From: the human T2T-CHM13v2.0 reference genome, Homo sapiens
DNA length: 64,000 nucleotides
Assembly (NCBI RefSeq): GCF_009914755.1
Contig: NC_060925.1
Direction: 5' to 3' (one strand)
The translations under genes were made by a program, and so were the position numbers. Positions 40,101 through 52,100 of this stretch are shown here, piece after piece (the first letter of the stretch is position 1; each line of letters opens with the position of its first letter). Below the pieces are notes generated by a model, which did not search any database, was not told where the DNA came from, and worked only from the letters and a program-made list of their open reading frames with translations.

Positions 40101-43100
40101 GCGTTCAACTCACAGAGGTTAACCTTTCTTTTCATAGAGCACTTAGGAAACACTCTGTTTGTAAAGTCTGCAAGTGGATATTCAGACCTCCTTGAGGCCT
40201 TCGTTGGAAACGGGATTTCTTCATATTCTGCTAGACAGAAGAATTCCCAGTAACTTCCTTGTGTTGTGTGCATTCAACTCACAGAGTTGAACGTTCCCTT
40301 AGACAGAGCAGATTTGAAACACTCTATTTGTGCAATTTGCAAGTGTAGATTTCAAGCGCTTTAAGGTCAATGGCAGAAAAGGAAATATCTTCGTTTCAAA
40401 ACTAGACAGAATCATTCCCACAAACTGCGTTGTAATGTGTGCGTTCAACTCACAGAGTTTAACCTTTCTTTTCATAGAGCAGTTAGGAAACACTCTGTTT
40501 GTAAAGTCTGCAAGTGGATATTCAGACCTCTTTGAGGCCTTCGTTGGAAACGGGATTTCTTCATATTCTGCTAGACAGAAGAATTCTCAGTAACTTCCTT
40601 GTGTTGTGTGTATTCAACTCACAGAGTTGAACGATCCTTTACAAAGAGCAGACTTGAAACACTCTTTCTGTGGAATTTGCAATTGGAGATTTCAGCCGCT
40701 TTGAGGACAATGGTAGAATAGGAAATATCTTCCTATAGAAACTAGACAGAATGATTCTCAGAAACTCCTTTGTGATGTGTGCGTTCAACTCACAGAGTTT
40801 AACTTTTCTTTTCATAGAGCAGTTAGGAAACACTCTGTTTGTAAAGTCTGCAAGTGGATATTCAGACCTCTTTGAGGCCTTCGTTGGAAACGGGATTTCT
40901 TCATATTCTGCTAGACAGAAGAATTCTCAGTAACTTCCTTGGTTGTGTGTATTCAACTCACAGAGTTGAACGATCCTTTACACAGAGCAGACTTGAAACA
41001 CTCTTTTTGTGGAATTTGCAAGTGGAGATTTCAGCGGCTTTGAGGTCAATAGTAGAAAAGGAAATATCTTCGTAGAAAAACTAGTCAGAATGATTCTCAG
41101 AAACTCCTTTGTGTTGTGTGTGTTCAACTCACAGAGTTTAACCTTTCTTTTCATAGAGCAGTTAGTAAACACTCTGTTTATAAAGTCTGCAAGTGGATAT
41201 TCAGACCCCTTTGAGGACTTCTTTGGAAACGGGATTTCTTCATATTATGCTAGACAGAAGAATTCTCAGTAACTTCCTTGTGTTGTGTGTATTCAACTGA
41301 CAGAGTTGAACTTTCATTTAGAGAGAGCAGATTTGAAACACTGTTTTTGTGGAATTTGCAAGTGGAGATTTCAAGCGCTTTGGGGCCAAGGGCAGAAAAC
41401 GAAATATCTTCGTATAAAAACTAGACAGAATCATTCTCAGAAACTGCTGCGTGATGTGTGCGTTCAACTCTCAGAGTTTAACTTTTCTTTTCATTCAGCG
41501 GTTTGGAAACACTCTGTTTGTAAAGTCTGCACGTGGATATTTTGACCACTTAGAGGCCTTCGTTGGAAACGGGTTTTTTTCATGTAAGGCTAGACAGAAG
41601 AATTCCCAGTAACTTCCTTGTGTTGTGTGCATTCAACTCACAGAGTTGAACGATCCTTTACACAGAGCAGACTTGAAACACTCTTTTTGTGGAATTTGCA
41701 AGTGGAGATTTCAGCCGCTTTGAGGTCAATGGTAGAATAGGAAATATCTTCCTATAGAAACTAGACAGAATGATTATCATAAACTCCTTTGTGATGTGTG
41801 CGTTCAACTCACAGAGTTTAACCTTTCTTTTCATAGAGCAGTTAGGAAACACTCTGTTTGTAAAGTCTGCAAGTGGATATTCATACCTCTTTGAGGCCTT
41901 CGTTAGAAACGGGATTTCTTCATATTCTGCTAGACAGAATAATTCTCAGTAACTTCCTTGTGTTGTGTGTATTCAACTCACAGAGTTGAACGATCCTTTA
42001 CACAGAGCAGACTTGAAACACTCTTTTTGTGGAATTTGCAAGTGGAGATTTCAGCCGCTTTGAGGTCAATGGTAGAAAAGAAAATATCTTCGTATAAAGA
42101 CTAGACAGAATGATTCTCAGAAACTCCTTTGTGATGTGTGCGTTCAACACACAGAGTTTAACTTTTCTTTTCATAGAGCAGTTAGGAAACACTCTGTTTG
42201 TAAAGTCTGCAAGTGGATATTCAGACCTCTTTGAGGCCTTCGTTGGAAACGGGATTTCTTCATATTATGCTAGACAGAATAATTCTCCGTAACTTCCTTG
42301 TGTTGTGTGTATTCAACTCACAGAGTTGAACGATCCTTTACAGAGAGCAGACTTGAAACACTCTTTTTGTGGAATTTGCAAGTGGAGATTTCAGCCGCTT
42401 TGAGGTCAATGGTAGAATGGGAAATATCTTCCTATAGAAACTAGACAGAATGATTCTCATAAACTCCTTTCTGATGTGTGCGTTCAACTCACAGAGTTTA
42501 ACCTTTCTTTTCATAGAGCAGTTAGGAAACACTCTGTTTGTAAAGTCTGCAAGTGGATATTCAGACCTCTTTGAGGCCTTCGTTGGAAACGGGATTTCTT
42601 CATATTCTGCTAGACAGAAGAATTCTCAGTAACTTCCTTGTGTTGTGTGTATTCAACTCACAGAGTTGAACGATCCTTTACACAGAGCAGACTTGAAACA
42701 CTCTTTTTGTGGAATTTGCAAGTGGAGATTTCAGCGGCTTTGAGGTCAATAGTAGAAAAGGAAATATCTTCGTAGAAAAACTAGACAGAATGATTCTCAG
42801 AAACTCCTTTGTGATGTGTGTGTTCAACTCACAGAGTTTAACCTTTCTTTTCATAGAGCAGTTAGTAAACACTCTGTTTATAAAGTCTGCAAGTGGATAT
42901 TCAGACCCCTTTGAGGCCTTCGTTGGAAACGGGATTTCTTCCTATTATGCTAGACAGAAGAATTCTCAGTAACTTCCTTGTGTTGTGTGTATTCAACTGA
43001 CAGAGTTGAACTTTCATTTAGAGAGAGCAGATTTGAAACACTGTTTTTGTGGAGTTTGCAAGTGGAGATTTCAAGCGCTTTGGGGCCAAAGGCAGAAAAG

Positions 43101-46100
43101 GAAATATCTTCGTATAAAAACTAGATAGAATCATTCTCAGAAACTGCTGCGTGATGTGTGCGTTCAACTCTCAGAGTTTACCTTTTCTTTTCATTCAGCG
43201 GTTTGGAAACACTCTGTTTGTAAAGTCTGCACGTGGATATTTTGACCACTTAGAGGCCTTCGTTAGAAACGGGTTTTTTTCATGTAAGGCTAGACAGAAG
43301 AATTCCCAGTAACTTCCTTGTGTTGTGTGCATTCAACTCACAGAGTTGAACGTTCCCTTAGACAGAGCAGATTTGAAACACTCTATTTGTGCAATTTGCA
43401 AGTGTAGATTTCAAGCGCTTTAAGGTCAATGGCAGAAAAGGAAATATCTTCGTTTCAAAACTAGACAGAATCATTCCCACAAACTGCGTTGTGATGTGTT
43501 CGTTCAACTCACAGAGTTTAACCTTTCTGTTCATAGAGCAGTTAGGAAACACTCTGTTTGTAAACTCTGCAAGTGGATATTCCGACCTCCTTGAGGCCTT
43601 CGTTGGAAACGGGATTTCTTCATATTCTGCTAGACAGAATAATTCTCAGTAACTTCCTTGTGTTGTGTGTATTCAACTCACAGAGTTGAACGATCCTTTA
43701 CACAGAGCAGACTTCAAACACTCTTTCTGTGGAATTTGCAAGTGGAGATTTCAGCCGCTTTGAGGTCAATGGTAGAATAGGAAATATCTTCCTATAGAAA
43801 CTAGACAGAATGATTCTCAGAAACTCCTTTGTGATGTGTGCGTTCAACTCACAGAGTTTAACCTTTCTTTTCATAGAGCAGTTAGGAAACACTCTGTTTG
43901 TAAAGTCTGCAAGTGGATATTCAGACCTCTTTGAGGCCTTCGTTGGAAACGGGATTTCTTCATATTCTCCTAGACAGAAGAATTCTCAGTAACTTCCTTG
44001 TGTTGTGTGTATTCAACTCACAGAGTTGAACGATCCTTTACACAGAGCAGACTTGAAACACTCTTTTTGTGGAATTTGCAAGTGGAGATTTCAGCCGCTT
44101 TGAGGTCAATGGTAGAAAAGTAAATATCTTCGTATAAAGACTAGACAGAATGATTCTCAGAAACTCCTTTGTGATGTGTGCGTTCAACTCACAGAGTTTA
44201 ACCTTTCTGTTCATAGAGCAGTTAGGAAACACTCTGTTTGTAAAGTCTGCAAGTGGATATTCAGACCTCCTTGAGGCCTTCGTTGGAAATGGGATTTCTT
44301 CATATTCTGCTAGACAGAAGAATTCTCAGTAACTTCCTTGTGTTGTGTGTATTCAACTCACAGAGTTGAACGATCCTTTACACAGAGCAGACTTGAAACA
44401 CTCTTTTTGTGGAATTTGCAAGTGGAGATTTCAGCCGCTTTGAGGTCAATGGTAGAAAAGGAAATATCTTCGTATAAAGACTAGACAGAAGGATTCTCAT
44501 AAACTCCTTTGTGATGTGTGCGTTCAACTCACAGAGTTTAACTTTTCTTTTCATAGAGCAGTTAGGAAACACTCTGTTTGTAAAGTCTGCAAGTGGATAT
44601 TCAGACCTCTTTGAGGCCTTCGTTGGAAACGGGATTTCTTCATATTATGCTAGACAGAAGAATTCTCAGTAACTTCCTTGTGTTGTGTGTATTCAACTCA
44701 CAGAGTTGAACGATCCTTTACACAGAGCAGACTTGAGACATTCTTTTTGTGGAATTTGCAAGTGGAGATTTCAGCCGCTTTGAGGTCAATGGTAGAATAG
44801 GAAATATCTTCCTAAAGAAACTAGACAGAACGATTCTCAGAAACTCCTTTGTGATGTGTGCGTTCAACTCACAGAGTTTAACCTTTCTTTTCATAGAGCA
44901 GTTAGGAAACACTCTGTTTGTAAAGTCTGCAAGTGGATATTCAGACCTCTTTGAGGCCTTCGTTGGAAACGGGATTTCTTCATATTCTGTTAGACAGAAG
45001 AATTCTCAGTAACTTCCTTGTGTTGTGTGTATTCAACTCACAGAGTTGAACGATCCTTTACACAGAGCAGACTTGAAACATTCTTTTTGTGGAATTTGCA
45101 AGTGGAGATTTCAGCCGCTTTGAGGTCAATGGTAGAATAGGAAATATCTTCCTATAGAAACTAGACAGAACGATTCTCAGAAACTCCTTTGTGATGTGTG
45201 CGTTCAACTCACAGAGTTTAACCTTTCTTTTCATAGAGCAGTTAGGAAACACTCTGTTTGTAAAGTCTGCAAGTGGATATTCAGACCTCTTTGAGGCCTT
45301 CGTTGGAAACGGGATTTCTTCATATTCTGCTAGACAGAAGAATTCTCAGTAACTTTCTTGTGTTGTGTGTATTCAACTCACAGAGTTGAACGATCCTTTA
45401 CAAAGAGCAGACTTGAAACACTCTTTCTGTGGAATTTGCAATTGGAGATTTCAGCCGCTTTGAGGACAATGGTAGAATAGGAAATATCTTCCTATAGAAA
45501 CTAGACAGAATGATTCTCAGAAACTCCTTTGTGATGTGTGCGTTCAACTCACAGAGTTCAACCTTTCTTTTCATAGAGCAGTTAGGAAACACTCTGTTTG
45601 TAATGTCTGCTAGTGGATATTCAGACCTCTTTGAGGCCTTCGTTGGAAACGGGATTTCTTCGTATTCTGCTAGACAGAAGAATTCTCAGTAACTTCCTTG
45701 TGTTGTGTGTATTCAACTCACAGAGTTGAACGATCCTTTACACAGAGCAGACTTGAAACACTCTTTTTGTGGAATTTGCAAGTGGAGATTTCAGCCGCTT
45801 TGAGGTCAATAGTAGAAAAGGAAATATCTTCGTAGAAAAACTAGACAGAATGATTCTCAGAAACTCCTTTGTGATGTGTGTGTTCAACTCACAGAGTTTA
45901 ACCTTTCTTTTCATAGAGCAGTTAGTAAACACTCTATTTATAAAGTCTGCAAGTGGATATTCAGACCCCTTTGAGGCCTTCGTTGGAAACGGGATTTCTT
46001 CATATTATGCTAGACAGAAGAATTCTCAGTAACTTCCTTGTGTTGTGTGTATTCAACTGACAGAGTTGAACTTTCATTTAGAGAGAGCAGATTTGAAACA

Positions 46101-49100
46101 CTGTTTTTGTGGAATTTGCAAGTGGAGATTTCAAGCACTTTGGGGCCAAAGGCAGAAAAGGAAATATCTTCGTATAAAAACTAGAGAGAATCATTCTCAG
46201 AAACTGCTGCGTGATGTGTGCGTTCAACTCTCAGAGTTTAACTTTCCTTTTCATTCAGCGGTTTGGAAACACTCTGTTTGTAAAGTCTGCACGTGGATAT
46301 TTTGACCACTTAGAGGCCTTCGTTGGAAACGGGTTTTTTTCATGTAAGGCTAGACAGAAGAATTCCCAGTAACTTCCTTGTGTTGTGTGCATTCAACTCA
46401 CAGAGTTGAACGTTCCCTTAGACAGAGCAGATTTGAAACACTCTATTTGTGCAATTGGCAAGTGTAGATTTCAAGCGCTTTAAGGTCAATGGCAGAAAAG
46501 GAAATATCTTCGTTTCAAAACTAGACAGAATCATTCCCACAAACTGCGTTGTGATGTGTTCGTTCAACTCACAGAGTTTAACCTTTCTGTTCATAGAGCG
46601 GTTAGGAAACACTCTGTTTGTAAAGTCTGTAAGTGGATATTCTGACATCTTGTGGCCTTCGTTGGAAACGGGATTTCTTCATATTCTGCTAGACAGAAGA
46701 ATTCTCAGTAACTTCCTTGTGTTGTGTGTATTCAACTCACAGAGTTGAACGATCCTTTACACAGAGCAGACTTGAAACACTCTTTTTGTGGAATTTGCAA
46801 GTGGAGATTTCAGCCGCTTTGAGGTCAATGGTAGAAAAGGAAATATCTTCATATAAAGACTAGACAGAATGATTCTCAGAAACTCCTTTGTGATGTGTGC
46901 GTTCAACTCACAGAGGTTAACCTTTCTTTTCATAGAGCACTTAGGAAACACTCTGTTTGTAAAGTCTGCAAGTGGATATTCAGACCTCCTTGAGGCCTTC
47001 GTTGGAAACGGGATTTCTTCATATTCTGCTAGACAGAAGAATTCCCAGTAACTTCCTTGTGTTGTGTGCATTCAACTCACAGAGTTGAACGTTCCCTTAG
47101 ACAGAGCAGATTTGAAACACTCTATTTGTGCAATTTGCAAGTGTAGATTTCAAGCGCTTTAAGGTCAATGGCAGAAAAGGAAATATCTTCGTTTCAAAAC
47201 TAGACAGAATCATTCCCACAAACTGCGTTGTAATGTGTGCGTTCAACTCACAGAGTTTAACCTTTCTTTTCATAGAGCAGTTAGGAAACACTCTGTTTGT
47301 AAAGTCTGCAAGTGGATATTCAGACCTCTTTGAGGCCTTCGTTGGAAACGGGATTTCTTCATATTCTGCTAGACAGAAGAATTCTCAGTAACTTCCTTGT
47401 GTTGTGTGTATTCAACTCACAGAGTTGAACGATCCTTTACAAAGAGCAGACTTGAAACACTCTTTCTGTGGAATTTGCAATTGGAGATTTCAGCCGCTTT
47501 GAGGACAATGGTAGAATAGGAAATATCTTCCTATAGAAACTAGACAGAATGATTCTCAGAAACTCCTTTGTGATGTGTGCGTTCAACTCACAGAGTTTAA
47601 CCTTTCTTTCCTAGAGCAGTTAGGAAACACTCTGTTTGTAAAGTCTGCAAGTGGATATTCAGACCTCTTTGAGGCCTTCGTTGGAAACGGGATTTCTTCG
47701 TATTCTGCTAGACAGAAGAATTCTCAGTAACTTCCTTGTGTTGTGTGTATTCAACTCACAGAGTTGAACGATCCTTTACACAGAGCAGACTTGAAACACT
47801 CTTTTTGTGGAATTTGCAAGTGGAGATTTCAGCCGCTTTGAGGTCAATAGTAGAAAAGGAAATATCTTCACAGAAAAACTAGACAGAATGATTCTCAGAA
47901 ACTCCTTTGTGATGTGTGTGTTCAACTCACAGAGTTTAACCTTTCTTTTCATAGAGCAGTTAGTAAACACTCTGTTTATAAAGTCTGCAAGTGGATATTC
48001 AGACCCCTTTGAGGCCTTCGTTGGAAACGGGATTTCTTCATATTATGCTAGACAGAAGAATTCTCAGTAACTTCCTTGTGTTGTGTTTATTCAACTGACA
48101 GAGTTGAACTTTCATTTAGAGAGAGCAGATTTGAAACACTGTTTTTGTGGAATTTGCAAGTGGAGATTTCAAGCGCTTTGGGGCCAAAGGCAGAAAACGA
48201 AATATCTTCGTATAAAAACTAGACAGAATCATTCTCAGAAACTGCTGCGTGATGTGTGCGTTCAACTCTCAGAGTTTAACTTTTCTTTTCATTCAGCGGT
48301 TTGGAAACACTCTGTTTGTAAAGTCTGCACGTGGATATTTTGACCACTTAGAGGCCTTCGTTGGAAACGGGTTTTTTTCATGTAAGGCTAGACAGAAGAA
48401 TTCCCAGTAACTTCCTTGTGTTGTGTGCATTCAACTCACAGAGTTGAACGATCCTTTACACAGAGCAGACTTGAAACACTCTTTTTGTGGAATTTGCAAG
48501 TGGAGATTTCAGCCGCTTTGAGGTCAATGGTAGAATAGGAAATATCTTCCTATAGAAACTAGACAGAATGATTATCATAAACTCCTTTGTGATGTGTGCG
48601 TTCAACTCACAGAGTTTAACCTTTCTGTTCATAGAGCAGTTAGGAAACACTCTGTTTGTAAAGTCTGTAAGTGGATATTCTGACATCTTGTGGCCTTTGT
48701 TGGAAACGGGATTTCTTCATATTCTGCTAGACAGAAGAATTCTCAGTAACTTCCTTGTGTTGTGTGTATTCAACTCACAGAGTTGCACGATCCTTTACAC
48801 AGAGCAGACTTGAAACACTCTTTTTGTGGAATTTGCAAGTGGAGATTTCAGCCACTTTGAGGTCAATGGTAGAATAGGAAATATCTTCCTATAGAAACTA
48901 GACAGAATGATTCTCAGAAACTCCTTTGTGATGTGTGCGTTCAACTCACAGAATTTAACATTTCTTTTCATAGAGCAGTTAGGAAACACTCTGTTTGTAA
49001 AGTCTGTAAGTGGATATTCAGACCTCTTTGAGGCCTTCGTTGGAAACGGGATTTCTTCGTATTCTGCTAGACAGAAGAATTCTCAGTAACTTCCTTGTGT

Positions 49101-52100
49101 TGTGTGTATTCAACTCACAGAGTTGAACGATCCTTTACAGAGAGCAGACTTGAAACACTCTTTTTGTGGAATTTGCAAGTGGAGATTTCAGCCGCTTTGA
49201 GGTCAATGGTAGAATAGGAAATATCTTCGTAGAAAAACTAGACAGAATGATTCTCAGAAAATCCTTTGTGATGTGTGCGTTCAACTCACAGAGTTTAACT
49301 TTTCTTTTCATAGAGCAGTTAGGAAACACTCTGTTTGTAAAGTCTGCAAGTGGATATTCAGACCTCTTTGAGGCCTTCGTTGGAAACGTTATTTCTTCAT
49401 ATTATGCTAGACAGAATAATTCTCAGTAACTTCCTTGTGTTGTGTGTATTCAACTCACAGAGTTGAACGATCCTTTACACAGAGCAGACTTGAAACACTC
49501 TTTTTGTGTAATTTGCAAGTGGAGATTTCAGCCGATTTGAGGTCAATGGTAGAATAGGAAATATCTTCCTATAGAAACTAGACAGAATGATTCTCAGAAA
49601 CTCCTTTGTGATGTGTGCGTTCAACTCACAGAATTTAACATTTCTTTTCATAGAGCAGTTAGGAAACACTCTGTTTGTAAAGTCTGCAAGTGGATATTCA
49701 GACCTCTTTGAGGCCTTCGTTGGAAACGGGATTTCTTCATATTCTGCTAGACGGAAGAATTCTCAGTAACTTCCTTGTGTTGTGTGTATTCAACTCACAG
49801 AGTTGAACGATCCTTTACAGAGAGCAGACTTGAAACACTCTTTTTGTGGAATTTGCAAGTGGAGATTTCAGCCGCTTTGAGGTCAATGGTAGAATAGGAA
49901 ATATCTTCGTAGAAAAACTAGACAGAATGATTCTCAGAAAATCCTTTGTGATGTGTGCGTTCAACTCACAGAGTTTAACTTTTCTTTTCATAGAGCAGTT
50001 AGGAAACACTCTGTTTGTAAAGTCTGCAAGTGGATATTCAGACCTCTTTGAGGCCTTCGTTGGAAACGGGATTTCTTCATATTCTGCTAGACAGAAGAAT
50101 TCTCAGTAACTTCCTTGTGTTGTGTGTATTCAACTCACACAGTTGAACGATCCTTTACACAGAGCAGACTTGAAACACTCTTTTTGTGGAATTTGCAAGT
50201 GGAGATTTCAGCCGCTTTGAGGTCAATAGTAGAAAAGGAAATATCTTCGTAGAAAAACTAGACAGAATGATTCTCAGAAACTCCTTTGTGATGTGTGTTT
50301 TCAACTCACAGAGTTTAACCTTTCTTTTCATAGAGCAGTTAGTAAACACTCTGTTTATAAAGTCTGCAAGTGGATATTCAGACCCCTTTGAGGCCTTCGT
50401 TGGAAACGGGATTTCTTCATATTATGCTAGACAGAAGAATTCTCAGTAACTTCCTTGTGTTGTGTGTATACAACTCACAGAGTTGAACTTTCATTTAGAG
50501 AGAGCAGATTTGAAACACTGTTTTTGTGGAATTTGCAAGTGGAGATTTCAAGCGCTTTGGGGCCAAAGGCAGAAAAGGAAATATCTTCGTATAAAAACTA
50601 GACAGAATCATTCTCAGAAACTGCTGCGTGATGTGTGCGTTCAACTCTCAGAGTTTAACTTTTCTTTTCATTCAGCGGTTTGGAAACACTCTGTTTGTAA
50701 AGTCTGCACGTGGATATTTTGACCACTTAGAGGCCTTCGTTGGAAACGGGTTTTTTTCATGTAAGGCTAGACAGAAGAATTCCCAGTAACTTCCTTGTGT
50801 TGTGTGCATTCAACTCACAGAGTTGAACGTTCCCTTAGACAGAGCAGATTTGAAACACTCTATTTGTGCAATTTGCAAGCGTAGATTTCAAGCGCTTTAA
50901 GGTCAATGGCAGAAAAGGAAATATCTTCGTTTCAAAACTAGACAGAATCATTCCCACAAACTGCGTTGTGATGTGTGCGTTCAACTCACAGAGTTTAACT
51001 TTTCTTTTCATAGAGCAGTTAGGAAACACTCTGTTTGTAAAGTCTGCAAGTGGATATTCAGACCTCTTTGAGGCCTTCGTTGGAAACGGGATTTCTTCAT
51101 ATTCTGCTAGACAAAATAATTCTCAGTAACTTCCTTGTGTTGTGTGTATTCAACTCACAGAGTTGAATGATCCTTTACAGAGAGCAGACTTGAAACATTC
51201 TTTTTGTGGAATTTGCAAGTGGAGATTTCAGCCGCTTTGAGGTCAATGGTAGAAAAGGAAATATCTTCGTATAAAGACTAGACAGAATGATTCTCAGAAA
51301 CTCCTTTGTGATGTGTGCGTTCAACTCACAGAGTTTAACTTTTCTTTTCATAGAGCAGTTAGGAAACACTCTGTTTGTAAAGTCTGCAAGTGGATATTCA
51401 GACCTCTTTGAGGCCTTCGTTGGAAACGGGATTTCTTCGTATTCTGCTAGACAGAAGAATTCTCAGTAACTTCCTTGTGTTGTGTGTATTCAACTCACAG
51501 AGTTGAAAGATCCTTTACAGAGAGCAGACTTGAAACACTCTTTTTGTGGAATTTGCAAGTGGAGATTTCAGCCGCTTTGAGGTCAATTGTAGAATAGGAA
51601 ATATCTTCCTATAGAAACTAGACAGAATGATTCTCAGAAACTCCTTTGTGATGTGTGCGTTCAACTCACAGAGTTTAACCTTTCTTTTCATAGAGCAGTT
51701 AGGAAACACTCTGTTTGTAAAGTCTGCAAGTGGATATTCAGACCTCTTTGAGGCCTTCGTTGGAAACGGGATTTCTTCATATTCTGCTAGACAGAAGAAT
51801 TGTCAGTAACTTCCTTGTGTTGTGTGTATTCAACTCACAGAGTTGAACGATCCTTTACAGAGAGCAGACTTGAAACACTCTTTTTGTGGAATTTGCAAGT
51901 GGAGATTTCAGCCGCTTTGAGGTCAATAGTAGAAAAGGAAATATCTTCACATAAAAACTAGACAGAATGATTCTCAGAAACTCCTTTGTGATGTGTGTGT
52001 TCAACTCACAGAGTTTAACCTTTCTTTTCATAGAGCAGTTAGTAAACACTCTATTTATAAAGTCTGCAAGTGGATATTCAGACCCCTTTGAGGCCTTCGT

